64,000 nt of DNA. It comes from the human T2T-CHM13v2.0 reference genome, Homo sapiens. Of this stretch, positions 42,780 to 57,608 are shown in pieces. Each line of letters begins with the position of its first letter. Within the stretch, counting starts at the first letter, position 1. The stretch lies in assembly GCF_009914755.1 (NCBI RefSeq), contig NC_060943.1. The stretch is one strand, 5' to 3'. Both the position numbers and the translations under genes were made by a program. The notes under the pieces are model-generated. The model saw only the letters and a program-made list of their open reading frames with translations. It was not told the DNA's origin and did no database searches.

Positions 42780-45700
42780 CTAATACCAAATCTGGGTTAA
42801 ATAAGGGTGGTCTTATTTCCTGGGGTTGGGCTTTTGCTAGATGTGTCAATTCCTGTTGGAAGTGAGCTAGAGAGGTTACATGCTTAACCAATTTAGAGAT
42901 TTTCTATATGAAAATCATCTGTGAGCACATTGATAAGTTTTATCCTCTTCTAGGTGAAAAGCTTGATGAAGGATTTTAAGGACTTCTCGTTGGCTGAAGG
43001 CTGGCAAACGGAGTTTGCCATCCTCTGACTACAGCCATTCTGAGGACTGGAAAGGATACCCTGAGAAGTGGCCTATTTTATTTCTGCAGGAAGGTACTGA
43101 GGTTTAATTTATCTTATGGAGTCTTCCTAGATTAGAAGGCTTTGAGGTGTGTTGATGCCTTGCCAGTGACTTAGCTGCCTGATCAGTGAACCTATTTCTT
43201 TTGGCTACTTCATCTGTTCCCTTTTTGATGTTCTCTATAATGTATCACTGCTATTTCTCATGAAAGAAAACTGACGATAATAACCTGTTAATTTTTTGGT
43301 GATATTTTATAGGAAGTCCATTAGTGGTAAGAAAATGCCTTTTATTTTAAATGGCAGCATGAGCATGAAGAACTCAAAAAGCATACTTGGAATCAGTGTA
43401 AATGTTAGCTACCTTTCCCTTGCTTAATTTAAGTGCTCTTGTATTAACTGTTTGTTTAGCTGATTGAGCACCTGCACCTGAAGAGAGATATTATTTAGAG
43501 TGACTACTGCTTATCCTACCTTACGTATTTCTTGCTTTACCAGCTGATTGTTAGCTAAGCGCTCCCTCTAGAGGAAAGTAATTTTGCCACATTAAGTGGG
43601 GGTGTAAACCGTTTTTTCCTAGGGTTAATTTGGAGGCTTTTCTGATTAGTAGAGCTATTGTGACAGTGGTTTGGAAGCAGATGTAAAAAATAGGTCCTCC
43701 TAACTGCAAATAAGAGGCTGAGAAAAATATTGGATTAGAATTTTTCCTGAGACACCCCTTATGGTTGTGCTATGGGAAGAGGGGAGGCCTGGATAAGAAA
43801 GGAGAAAAGAGAGAGACTGGATCTAGTGTTTAGAAGGAGGTCTACTTTCCTCCCTATAATTTCCAGAATGACCTGTGTCTCCTGTGCTGTAGTGGCAGTT
43901 TGAGCTGCTGGAGCCAGGGGTTTGAGCCCCAGGACCCATCAGTCCTGCTGGACCACTGTGAGACTGGTTCTGAACCCAGTGACCTCCATCTCTGGGAGCA
44001 GTTGCATCTCCAGTGGTCTCCACCACAGGCTGGACAGGGTCAAGGTGGCTTCCTCTTGCTCTTTGGACACTTCTTCCTCAAATGCCCTGGCTTGCCACAC
44101 CGAGAGCAACTAGTGGATACACCTCTGGGATCCTGGACTTTGCAACTCTGCAAAGCAGCTACTAGAGGCTTTGTCCTTCTCTTGAGCTTTCTCTCTTTCT
44201 TCTGGGCCTTCTCCTAGTCCCTATTATAAAAGACTGAAGTGGCTACCCTCAGAAGGTTTTCCAAGGTGCTATCTGCTACTATAGCTTGCCTTTTATAGGT
44301 TCCTTCTAATATTGGGAGCTTTATGTATAATAAACTTATCTTTTGGAATGGGCTGTCACTTGACTGAATCAGGAGATAAAAAGGTGTGTGCTAATAGTGC
44401 CCCTCTCAACCTATCCATAAAGGCTGCAGGATTCTCATCTGGCTTTGAGTCTATCCTAGACAGTTTAGAGGAATTAAGAGGTCTGGCCTTAGTTTTTCTT
44501 TTTCATTCATCTACAGGGCTATTGGGGTTTCAATCAGGGTTGTCAAGAGGTACTGCTTCACTTACTATTTGGAATGGTGTTTCTGCTATTTCTTCACTTT
44601 CTGTATCTCCTTCCTTCCCTTTTGGTGTATTATAGGAGATATGTTGCTCATCTCCAAAATTCTCTGCTGCTTGCAGAGCTGCCTGTTTTTCAGCTGCAGT
44701 TAGGGTTTGGATTAGGAGCAGTATAACATCCTTCCATGTGAGGTGAAACACCTGACTTAAATTCTGGAAAGCTTCTATATACCTGTCAGGATTGTCTGAA
44801 AATTGGCCTAAGTCTTACTTTATTTGCCTAAGGTCCTGTAATGAGAAGGGAACTTGGAGGGACCCCAAATTATGGAGATTCTCAGATGGTTCCCTTGGAA
44901 GTTGCTTTTCTAATTCTAGGATATTATTCTTTATAAGCCTGCCTGATATGGCTGTTAAAAAATCTGGGTTGCTGTTACAATGCTTGTAAAGGTTTAGTAA
45001 AAATGCCCTGTCATTTTGCAAAATAGAATGAGTTGCTTTTCTCTTGAAAGTCCTGAGGTTAAAAGAGTTCTAGTGCCTCAGAGTGCGCTCCAGAGGGGTG
45101 CAAGCTGAAGATGCTCTGTTAGCCATTGAGAAAAAGAAGTGAGAATAAAAGTGTCCTTATAGTCCTCCTTATTTCATTGAGACCCAGAGTGGAGTGGAAG
45201 ACAGTGGGAGCGTCCCCCCAACTGTTTTCTCTGCTTGGTTCCTGAGTCCCGGCACTATGTTAAATGTGCTGCCCATGGTTGTAGGTGTGGCCCTGTAAGC
45301 CATGGAACTAGATAAATGAAGTGATGGGATTAGCCACACTTTACCCATGCAACATTAGCTTATCTGCCTGTGATCTGCCTGGCTTCCTGAAAAATGGATC
45401 TCTCGAGAAACTGTAACAGTTGCCTTTGAGCAAGCTTTCTTTAACAGAGGGAATGTGCCAGTTGCCAGATACGTGCTAAAGCATTTACCCTCAGAAAAGT
45501 GGTCCTGGTTAACTCTGTTCTTAAAGTATCCTTACTAATTAAATACTGTTCTAATTGGAGATAGAATAGGTACTTTAAATGAATGTAGGGACCTAATGGC
45601 AGTTTTTCCTGCTGATGCAGCAGTATCAGAACTAAAATTTGGCTATGGAAGACATTTTACTCCTAATTGTTGAAAGCAGAGCTTTCCCATTCACAGAAAG

Positions 45701-46657
45701 GGCTTTTCTATCAGTGCAAAAAGAGAGAATTGGAAAAGTGCAGTGTTATGGCAAAGGACCAACAATGTGCCTTATGAGGAGGATTTCTATTTCTACTAGA
45801 TGACATTGTTGGCTTAGAAATACCACGTGCTTACCAAAGGAAGGAGAGAGAGAGAGAGAGAGAGACTGAGACACCTATTGGGTTAGTTATTATAGCATTT
45901 ACCGATCTTTCCTAACAGAACTGTTTCCCTGAACTGTAAAAATTTCCACATATTGCATACACAGAAAGAATAGGAGACATAGAGACCATGGATAGAAAGG
46001 AAGAACAAATTTGCAACAGGATAGCAAATTAGGAGACCCATTACCAACATCTGGATGGGCTGCCGGAGGCTGTGTTCAGTCCAGAAGCCTTTGAATAACA
46101 TCAGGGTGTGTCCTGGCCAGAAATTCTCAGCTGTTCCAGGACATCCCCCAGCCTCATGTGATGGTGAGGTTCTCCATGAAAGGAAACTAGTTGGAAGAGA
46201 ACCTTGAAATTAAAGGACAGATTTGAGGTTTGCTCCATACTCACCATTCTGATGTTTCTATCTTCTCTTCTGATCACAATCCCAGATGAGAACTCCCAAA
46301 TAAAATGACTCTGTTTGGGAATCTATCCATGGTTCTTTGTCACACACTGAGAAAGAATTCAGGACATGGAAACACATGAGGAGTGTGTTTAGGATTGAAA
46401 AATTTAACAGACAAAAAAGAAGAGAGAGAGAAAAAGCTTTCTCATACTGAGAAAGCAGTCACCCAAGAGAGGGTCTCCAATTTGGGGTGGAATGCAATTG
46501 ATTTTGTACAGAGACTTAAGGAGGCAGTGATTGATTTACATAGGGTCCAGGGGATTGTTTTGACCAGGTGTTCCATTTACATAGCCTGAAAAAAGACTGG
46601 CCCTCCCATCCTATTCTTTTATTATGCAAATGTGGCTTCTACCTGGTGGTCACCATG
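42780..46657 (-). mobile_element. Degenerate ERV1 provirus (HUERS-P/MER61-like): partial 5' LTR ~46300-46657, Pro-like PBS, gag, RNase H
   Basis: gag peptide FHLTWKDVILLLIQTLTAAEKQAALQAAENFGD; RNase H motif ANIYTDSKYA at ~43380-43409; PBS-like TTTGGGAGTTCTCATCTGGGAT. Confidence 0.7.
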
Positions 46658-46659
46658 AA

Positions 46660-46792
46660 ATTAGGAGATATACCTAATGTTAAATGATGAGTTAATGGTT
46701 GCAGCACACCAACATGGCACATGTATACATATGTAACTAACTTGCACGTTGTGCACATGTACCCTAAAACTTAAAGTATAATAAAAAAATAA
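46660..46792 (+). mobile_element. Very short 5'-truncated L1PA 3' end
   Basis: ggagatatacctaatg...gtaccctaaaacttaaagtataataaaaaaa. Confidence 0.9.
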
Positions 46793-47660
46793 AACCCCAT
46801 GGTAAATTTCTATTTTTTTGTGTTACCTTGGCATCTATTTTTAATCTTCCTTGAACACACCAAATTTTCTCTTGAAAAAGCTTAAGTTCTCTCTCTCTCT
46901 CTTTGCTTTGAGATGTAAATGTGCTATGTATTTTCTCTAAAACTAGGTAAAGCCTTCCTCAGATAAATGTTAACCTTTACCATTTACAAGAAAGCAATTT
47001 GAATCCAACTATCCTTTAAAATGGTGGGTTTTACTGATCTCATGCCTAAACTCCTAAAATCAAAATTCTAGAATCTTTTTGTCTCTCTCTATCTTTATGT
47101 GAACATATATATGTTTCATCACATATATGTATATGTCACACGTTTATATACTGTTTACACATAGTATCAAATTAATGTAAAAATAAATGAGTACTCACAA
47201 ATTAAGTGAATAAGCCCAAATGCTTTTCTATATATGTGATTTTAGTAACCTTTGGTGAATATAGATAGCTTTAAAATTGTTGGTAAAATAAAGTAGAAAT
47301 GTCTTCATAATTTAATTTATACACTTTTGCCTATGTCTGTTGGCAGGCAGGTTTATATTGTCTTTACTAGATGTTTTAAGGTCATCAAAGAGTTGCTGTG
47401 TATATATACATTTTCTTAATTTGTCTGTGAGCTTATGTCTTTATATTTGAAGCTTTAAATTCTGAGTTCTAGATGAGTGACCATAGTAAGAACTGGGGAC
47501 AAAACCCATCCCATCCTCCAGCTGTGCCTTTTGGCCATGCTGGGAGAGGTGGGATTATCCAGGCATTTTCTTCATAGCTCTGTTCTTTGTCTTGGGCTTT
47601 GCATCTGGTACATAGTTAGAATGGTTTACTCCCTAGTTTTTTTTCTACTGAAAATAAGGC

Positions 47661-48460
47661 TGTATAAGTCTGTTTTTACATTGCTACAGACAAATACATG
47701 AACCTGAATAATTTATAAAGAAAAGAGTTTGAATGGTCTCATGATTCAGCAGGTTGTAGAGTAAGCATGATTCTGGCATCTGCTCAGATTTTGAGGAGGC
47801 CTCAGAAAACTTACAATCATGGAGAAAGCCAATGGTGGAGGAAGACATCTTATATAATGGGAGCTGGAGGAAGAGAGCAAGGGTTGCACACTGGTAAAGA
47901 ACCAGATAAAACTCACTGTTGCTATAACAGCACCAAGGAGAATGGTGTTAACATATGAGAAACCACCTCCATGATCCAATCACATCCAACCAGGCTCCAC
48001 CTCCAACTTTGGAGATTACAATTTGACTTGAGATTTGGGTGGGGGTAAAGGTCCAAAAAAAATTATTCTCTCCATCTTCCCTCCCAAATCTCATGTCTTT
48101 CTCACATTTAATAATATAAGAATGGCTTCCCAACAGTCTCTAGAGTCTTAACTCACTCAGCATTAACTCAGAAGTCCAAAATAGCAAGTTTCATCTGCGA
48201 CAAGGCAAGTTCCTTTTACCTATGAGCCTGTAAATTCAAACACAAGTTAGTTACTTTCAAGACACAATGTAAGTATAGGCATTGGGTAAATACTCCCATT
48301 CCAAAGGGAAGAAATAGGCTGAAGGAAATAAGATACAGGCCCCATGAAAGTCTGAAACCTTGCAGCACAGTCTTTAAAACTTAAAGCTCCAAAATAATCT
48401 CCTTTGACCCCATATCTCATATTCAGGGCACACTGATGTAAGGCTTAGGCTTCCAAGGTT
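47661..48460. mobile_element. MaLR (MST-type) LTR plus internal fragment
   Basis: aatttataaagaaaagag...cacctccatgatccaatcac...attacaatttga signature. Confidence 0.7.
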
Positions 48461-48608
48461 CTGGACATCACAAGAACATTCCAAGAGAGTCACAAAAGAA
48501 TTTGTAGTGTGGCTTTTGATGCTAAACAGCATATTAGACCAAGTAAGTCACTGAAGAGAAAAAAGTCAGAGGAGAAGATGGGTGAGGGTGACAGAAATGG
48601 AATGGTGA

Positions 48609-48930
<322 letters not shown>

Positions 48931-51900
48931 AAGTTTACCCAGGGGCTCATCTGGTACCTTGCTCTGTGACTAATATCTTACACATTTTGATTTACTCTTC
49001 CACTTTCATTTTCTGATGCGTGAACGGTCACCCTTCTGCTGAAGATGAGAAAAGAGGCTGAGGCAGCTCAAATGAGTGGTCTAGAGTCATCCAGCTACTT
49101 CATAGAGCTTGTGTCTTTCACCTTGACGTTTGTGCACAGACAGAAAAGAGACACAGAAGGAAGGCAAAGCAAGTTTTTGTTGTGGGTGATATTTATGAAA
49201 GTTACCTGTGTTAGGCAGAATAACGGACTCCTAAAATGTTTGCACCCTAGCTCTGGAACCTGTGCATTTACTTTTCTTGGTAAAAACACAGTGCAGGGGT
49301 GATAAAATTAAAATCTTAAGATGTAGATGTTATTCCAGATTATCTGGGTGGGCCCATTGTAATCAGAAGTGTCCTTGTAAGTGACAAAGAAAAGCAGGGG
49401 CATCCGTGTGAGAATGATGAGCCTGTGAGACTCCACTGGCCAATGCTGGGTGTGAGCATGCATCAAAAGACAAAATTACAACTAATGTAGTTATAGATTT
49501 TATTTTTCATTTATTATTTGAGGTAGCTCTCACTCTACAAATATAGTGACAGCCCTCCCTGGGCTATACAATAACAAAACAGTGGGTTTTGTCAAGTGGG
49601 AACCAGTAAACAAAGCCATATAAATAAATAAATTGGTGAACATTAGGGTACTTCAGGTCACTTTTCTGTAAAAGTTAAAGCAGAGGAAACTTTTATTATG
49701 CTGTCTCAGGTAGAGTGGAATCTCCTGTTTTCAACAAAAAACAAAGGTCTGTTCTGGTATCTCTTTGCTTCATTAAAATTTCAGTTGTAGACTGTAGCAT
49801 TTAGCATGAGTGGTTCTATTTTGGAGTCTCTAGGCTCTCACTTAGGTGAGAGTGTGACCAAAATTTAAAGCATTGGCATTCATCTCAGTAACCATCATAT
49901 TGGGCTTCCATCATTTATAGGTTTATGATGTCTTCCTGATCACACATTTCTTTGAGTTTTTGTCATTTCAGCCAAAGAGAGACCCTTTGGTATTTGTTGA
50001 TGGCTGCACACAAAACTTTTTAAAAACTTTTGTAGAATTCACCACACCAAATTGTAGAATTTAAAAACCTGTAGAATTTATCACACCAGAGAGGCTACTA
50101 GTATGACTATTGGGAGGATAATACCAAAAGTTTGGAGTATGCACTTTAGGCAAGATGCAAACCAAGTAAAATAGAATAGATCAAAGAATGAGCCAGAAGA
50201 ATCTAGCAATTTGGTAACTTTTGTGATTGAGTTGTTATGATACTCGATGTATTTGTTTATGTGCAACAATCAGTGTCAGAAACTGCACAGGCTCCTCCCT
50301 GTTCAGCTGGTAGGGAACAATTTTATTATGTAGCATTCGATGGCTCATTAAATTAAAACAGGGAATGAGAACGAGTCTGAAAATGTAACTTTAAAAGGGA
50401 CCACTGTACATTTGAACAAACAATTGTGTTAAAGATGGTGCTAATGTCAGCCATTGGGTGGACTAAATGATATCTTATGTAAAAATTTGAGGGTGACATG
50501 ATATATCTGTCACTCTGTTACACTACTCTCAGAAGCTACTTCATGTGAAATTCTAATGATACCATCATCCTGCCAAGTGAAAGAGGCAGGCATAAGCATG
50601 GACAAATTAAGAGGGGTAAGAGCCTGATTTTGATGTGGAGACTTGTTCTGACAACTTGGGAAAAGCTTTTGACAGTGTGAAGTTGTCAACTTCTTATCCT
50701 GGTTTTAAGTTTGAGTGTCTGTAGTTATGGTGTCAAACATATTGGTGAGCTCTGAGTGACTCATACTTCAGACACGAGGGTTTTCCCGTGAAATTTACAT
50801 TGAGCTTTCCACCTCCAACTTATAGGGCTTCAGGAATAAAGCAGATTTTGTTCTTACTGATTCAATAAGAGAAAACTGGATGGGAGGAACTAGAAGAATT
50901 CAGGGTCTAGTTCAGTCTACCGGTGAATAATAAAAACTCAAAAACAATGAACAGAGCTGCAATTTCATAGCAGGTATACTACACTTTTTATTTTCAACGT
51001 TATTTTTCTCTCTATAAGAATATCTATTTTTACCAAAGATAATCCCAGTAGGATAAATTTGTTTCCAAAGTAGGTTTAGTCTTATCAAACTTTGCCGGGA
51101 TTCTTTACATAAGTGCATCAAGAGTAGCATTGGACCACAGAGACTCTTCCTAAAGTTTGCATCGCTAGACGTTTTTATAAGGAGTCTCAGATTAAACTTT
51201 TACAAACCTCTTGAGATGAGGAAGCCAAATGAAGGCCATCTTCAGACTTTGCCTGCAGTACTTATGGGTCCATTCTATGTATATTCTCAAATATAACATC
51301 TCAGTCAAAGCCTTGGTAATATAACCAATGTTTTGAAATGTGTCCTTTTGTAAAGAGAGAAGATTCTTACTAAACTTGTGCAAATAACTGTATTAGCATA
51401 AACATATGAATACTCATGAATAGTTTCCCAATCCTGGGACAGTTAGGTAAAGAGCAAAAATAAATGGGCTTCAATTATTGTTTCCAAAAGTATACTTTAC
51501 CAAATTGCTTTAGATATAGCTAGCTTAAAAGAAGAAAAATTCCATAAATCTGGAAAAAATCATTTAAAGAATCAGCAAATTTTCAAATAAAAATTATAAA
51601 AACATTATCCACATTATCATTTATTTCAATGAAATTATTTTTGTTAAGCTTGGCCTAGGTTGGCATATTTCATGAAGGCATCAGCCTGTTTGTTAAAGTT
51701 TTGGAAGTCCATAGAGAGTCCAGTGGTATAATCTTGAACTGCTCAGAAACTTGTATGCAAGAGTACTTGTCAGTATCTTTTCCATAAATCTTTTGAAATA
51801 GAAGCAATTTTGGACTGTAGCTGATTGCAGATGCTTTCAGGAAGAATCAAAACAACTATCTGTGAATCACCAACATGTAAAATGACTGTTGTTAAAACTC

Positions 51901-54852
51901 TGATAAGAGTTTGGTATAATAAAGACAGTAACTCCAGCCAGTACTCCAATCATGATGCTGACAGTGGCCCCAACTGAGAGACCAAAAGAACTTTCTTGTC
52001 CTGAAGCAGCTGTCATGGAAAAAAAAAGAAGAGAAGGAATAAATGATAAAGACAGCTCACATAGAAATTTAGTTACTTCTGTGGCATATTACATTCTGAC
52101 TAACTTCTGTGGAATATGACATGATTATTATAATAACATATTCAGTTTCTAGGAATCTCATAATTTTGGGGACACTCACATCAGTAACATACCCATAAAT
52201 AAAACTTAGAGAAGGTTTAGCATCACTTATCACTTATCATTTGAAAATGCTTTTTATATAATTTAACATATCAAATAAGGTGGCTTTTCCATTTAGCTTC
52301 TGTTTCTCAACTGGATTAGTGAGTTGTTGATGTAGCCTATTAATGAAGAAGGACAACATTATCGAGAATGTGAAAAGGCAACCCATGAGATGGAAAACTA
52401 TTTGCAAATTATACATCTGATAAGGGATTAATTTTCAAAATATTATATTCAGAATATTTCAGAAGAACTACATATCAAAAACAGTGGGGGGAATAGGGAG
52501 TTGTTCAGTGGGTCTGCAGTTTCTGTGATGCAGAATGAGAAAGTTCTAGAGGTCTACTGTACAGCTTGGTGCCTATACTTCATACAGATTGAGTATTTCT
52601 TATGCATAAGACTTAGGACCAAAAGTGTTTTGGATGTCCTACTTTTTTTGATTTTGGAATATTTGCAGTATACTTACTGGTTTAGCATTTCATATTTTAA
52701 TAATTCAAAATCCAAATGTTCCAGTGAACATTTCTTTTAAGCATCACATCAGGGGTCAAAATCGTTGGATTTTAGGGCATTTCAGACTTTGGATTTTTAG
52801 ATTTGGGATGCTCAATGTTTACTACTAACATTTGCATTTAAAAATTCATCATGAGTTTGGACTTCATGTCATGTTCTGACAATAGTAAAATGAAAATTTG
52901 CAGGAAACATTTTTTTTCTATAAGTGGACACTGTTATTAACAGCCCAAAGATCTAAGATCGATTGCTGGAAGTAGTATTCATCTTGATAACATAAAAAGG
53001 TTTAGGTCTGCTCTGAATTCCAGTTGGATCACATTATGCTCAAAGAAAGGTGCTGAAGATGGTTTGGAATTAGCAACTCCCTGGGTAGTGGGAGGCATGT
53101 GCATTCTGTTGGGAGGACAGGATTGATCAGAGAGAAAGTCTTAGGTGTGTCAATTACATAAAGTGAGGAATGACGCCAAATTAAGAGAAGTGATGTGTGT
53201 TATGTTAGTGAATTTAGAAAGAGCTCCCTGCTTCTCATTTCTGTGCAGTTAGGCAAAAAGGGGAGGAGCCCAAAAGAGGCATGTGAAATGCTTTCATCAT
53301 TTTCTCTTGATCTCAAGAAACACTAGAGTTTGATTACATTTGTTTAAATTGGGCAGAGTCTAAGGGAGACGCCAGTGCCTCATGCATCTCCCCACCTGAA
53401 GGACCCCACCTTTCGACAATGGTGTCATCATGAGGACACAGGTGTGTGTAAAACTGGCAGCAAACCCATCAGACAGCACCCACCTGGCCAGCTCCATCCT
53501 GTCCCAGGAACCACTACTATTCTCATTATGTGTATGTTACAGACTTTGAAGTGGTCCCACAACTCCAAAATATAAAATATGCTATTGTCAATACAAAATA
53601 TTGGAAAGAAAGCTGGATAAGTTGTTCCACTTTTTTCGCATTCTTTTTAAACTTTGCTGTTTCCGTTTTAGAAGTTTCTGTTGACACACCCTCAAGCTAG
53701 ATATTTGTTCCTCAGTTGTGCCCAGGCTACCAGGCTTCTTCATTTATAGACTTTTTTTTATAGCATTGTTTAAAGTTCTTTCTTAGAATATCCATCTCTC
53801 TGCCTACATCACCCATCTTTTCCTGCATGGTGTCTACTTTTTCCTTCATAACTGGTAACCAGAGTTGCTTTAAATTTTCAGTCTGATAATTTCAACATCT
53901 CTGCCATATCTGTGTCTGGTTCTGATCCTTGCTCTTTCAAACCACATTTTTTTTTTTTTTGCCATAGCCTGTCTTGTACTTTTTTCTGTTTTTTTTTTTT
54001 TTTTTGAAAGCCAGACATGATGTACTGGGTAAAAGGAACTTGGGTGAGCCGGCCTTCAATGATATAGTGGTGAATGTGGGGAGGGAGGAGTTCTGTGGTC
54101 CTGAATGAGGTCTGTTCCCTGGGTTGTGAATGTCACAACTGCCTCTCAGTATTTTCTCCTCCTTAGGTGGGATATGATGGCTAGAGGGGGCTGGAGTTGG
54201 ACATTTTCCCTTCACCAGGCCAGTTAAGCTTCCATCAAACCCCAGCTGATTCGGCTATGGTAAAACAATCTTTATGAATACAGGTCTTGCCAGGAAGAAT
54301 TGAATTCACTGCCATCTAAGTGGTTCCTCCCCATCCCCCACAAGAAAGATGAGGGGAATTTTATTGAATATTCACTGTGAAAACCTGGTATAGTTCCAGG
54401 AAGTGAGAGCCATAAAATTGTCCTCCTAATCCCATACCTGATCCATCTGCTGGAGTGTTTAACTCTGTGCCTTGTCCACATTGAGCCTTCAGCAATTCAT
54501 CAGTTACAGTTCAGGGTTTTTGACTGTGTCTGGATAAGGTCAGCCGGTGGCTAGGATGCAAAAGACACCCCACTGAGTTTCTGGGCCTGGGTTTCTGCTC
54601 AGGTAAGACGTGCTGCTCTGTATTTACCTGTGGGTCTCTCCAATTTATGGGGGAGTTGGCTCTGAGACCTTGCTTCTCTGAGCGGTCGAAAAGAGTTTTT
54701 GATTTTTAAGTTTATTCATCTTTCTACTTGTTACAACTGAGTGACAACCACAGCAGGATGAGGTTGGAGTGAAATGGGTAAAATAAGCCTGTGGGCATTG
54801 GGGACTGTAGACATGTCCTTCCTCTGATCCCCTGGTGAGTCAGTGGAGAGAG

Positions 54853-55610
54853 TGAAACCACCTTTGCAAAGATTACAGCAGTGAGATGGAGCTAGTATGG
54901 CAGACTTCATCTTACCTCTAGCTGGAGGCTGGCTGTCCTTGCTCATTCATGGGCATAGGCCAGGTTAACCATGGGAGGAATTTAGTTTACAGTGTAATTT
55001 TGAAGCAAGAATGATAATATCCCCTTACTAAAATAAACTCCCTCCTAGTCAAGGATGGTCTTTGTCAAAGTAATACAAGACCATAACATTAGGATTATAG
55101 GAGGGACCAAAATCCTGCTAAAATGTAGTCATAGTTTCTATAATCCATTATTGCTCAGGAGTCATGTGGCCAGCAGTCACAAGACTTGTGATTTCTTTAA
55201 TTGCTCCTATAGATAACATCACTATTATAGATTATGAGATTGGTCTTTTGAGATATTTCTCAGACTTGCATTCTGGCAACCAGCTGGCCTCATCCAGACC
55301 CGTGAGCAATGCCTCCAGTCATGTGGCCCCCAGTCAGAGGCAGATCAAACACACAGAGACGATTTCCCCCACCTGCATGATTTCATTCCCATCCAATCAC
55401 CAGGACCCATTCCTTAGACCTCAAACTTTTTGAAAAACTCCAACCCTAGCCATTGGGGAGGTTGATTTGAGTAATAATAAAATAAGCTCCTGTTTGGCAG
55501 CCTTGGGCTAATTAAAATCTTTCTTTACTACAAATCACCCTCTTCATAAATTAGTTTTGCCTGCGCAGGGAGCAGGATGGACCTGTCGGTCTTCCTGTCA
55601 GGTAATTATA
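54853..55610 (+). mobile_element. LTR8B-like LTR, unit 3 copy
   Basis: TGAAACCACCTTTGCAAA start; flanked by agag on both sides. Confidence 0.75.
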
Positions 55611-57608
55611 AGAGTGGATGGAGAAACCACTCATTTCTATCTGGTGGCCTGTTCCATGAGTCAGCCTCTCAGAAGGAAAGAGCCCTGGAACAGGATACAG
55701 TGAAAGCTCATTCTCCTGGTGACCTGAAGACAATGGCTCATAATGGAGCCTGGCGGAAGTGGCAACTCTGGCTAATTTCAGTGTTTTTTTTGGGGGTGGG
55801 GAGGGGGTGCAGTCAGGCCACAGTGTGAGCAGAAAAGGAGCAGAATAGTCAGCTTTTGTCTGAGGAAGTCCAAAGCATGGAGAAAGATGTGCTGGACAGG
55901 GCATGCCAGCTAGAATGAAGGTGGAGCCGGGGGCAGAAGATGAGGGACACAGAGGAGCAGAGGGAGCCAGAGACACCCATGGCAGGGAGCAGTGACCCCA
56001 GTGACCAGGGGCCCCCAGGGTCTCAGTTCAGTACCAGGGATCCCTGAAAGCCCTCCCATGGCCTAGGAACCCTGGAGTCACATGAGACGAGGTAGCTTTA
56101 GGGACAGGGAGTAAGAGGGAAGGAACATGGGTCTCAGCACCCAAGTGATAGGGAACAGGTGTGGCCAGAAACCTCTAGGATTCTGCATCCAGGATCCGGT
56201 CCCTAAAGAGGTTATGAATCATTCATTCCTTCATTCAATGGCTCCTTCCCTCATGTGAGAACTACAGAGTGTGTATCTCACACTGAGCCTGTGTTAGTGT
56301 GAATGGGGAGAGAAAGCCAAGTCCTCTCCTTTATTCTTTCATGGGAATGATACTGACTCTTTGGAAAACACAGGATTTCAGGTTCCATGAGGAGGATTAG
56401 GATCTGAGGGAAAGGTCTGGACATTCCTCCTACTGGCTCTGACAGTTGAGGCAGGTGATTTAGTTCTGGAGTACAAACGAATCAGTAGTCCATTTGCTCT
56501 CACTCCTCTGAGGTTTGGATGCCTAAGAAGAAAGGATTTGAGCCGACAGATGACCATGGGCTCCTTAGAACTTAATAAGACCTCACTTCTCATGGAGGAG
56601 AGGATGGAGGTGTGGTTACAGAAAGACCTCGTGTGACTCTGATCTGCCCCTCATGTTTGTGTGACCCTGGTTCAGTGACTGTGTCTCCCTGTGGCTCAGT
56701 TTCCTCTCAATCATATAAGCTAAATGGTAAATGGTCTGTGACTTGTCGTGTTGACTCTGAATGAACTTTAAATTATTCACAGTCACCTGACCTAACGCTT
56801 GGCATAGAGGAGGTGTTCACACAAACAGTGTTTATTATTTGCCTCCATGAGTGAGCACCCTCAGACCTGATCCCTGTGGACAAGTTGCTGCCGGGAACAT
56901 CTTGTCTCTTCTATTTCTGTCCCAGGGGACACTGAACTTTCTATGGGGTCTCCTAAGCCTCCCAGGGCAGTTGGCTGATAGCCTAAGAAGCTTGTCCATC
57001 TGTTCACTCTGAGTCTCAGGTGAAAGAGAAGGCTCTGTCTTTGACCAGATGAGGCTCTTGGGGCTGAACCCTGCCTGGGAGCAGCTCCAGAGCCACATCC
57101 ATCATACAGCTGGTCAATACTTGCTCCCAGTCAGTCCTGCTCAGGAGGCCACAACCCAGCCCTGGCACAGGTTTTCCAGGGTCACTTGGATTCAGGATCT
57201 GAGGACTGGGTTCTGGGGCCAGGGCTTCTAGGCTTCTAGGACTGAGCTTCTCTATAAGGATCCCAGGGGACCCCTCAAACCGGGCCCTGATGTAGTTCTC
57301 CAGGGTCTTTTTCCGAATCATGTTCATGGGAAGTGCACAGGGTGATGGGCTGAGACTGATCTCCTCCTGCTGAGTTTCCCCCATCAGATTGTCCTTTCTC
57401 TGCAGCACGTGTCTTCAGAGTATGGATGCAGGAAATGAATTCTGATCCATTGAAATTTGTCTACCCTGTGTGTGTCCTGCACTGAATGCCCAAACACTAA
57501 AATGGGACATAATGCAGAGGGGGACACAGGCACAGCCCAGGCCTAACAATCCTGTGGGTGCGTGAAGTAGAACTGACCCCCAACACCCAGAGGTCATGAA
57601 TTCCTCAC

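Noticed and set aside
42780-46300. Co-opted retroviral gag/pol gene, or a syncytin-like env at 5270-5710 or 63450-64000
   Set aside because: Only short fragments with stops, frameshifts and large deletions.
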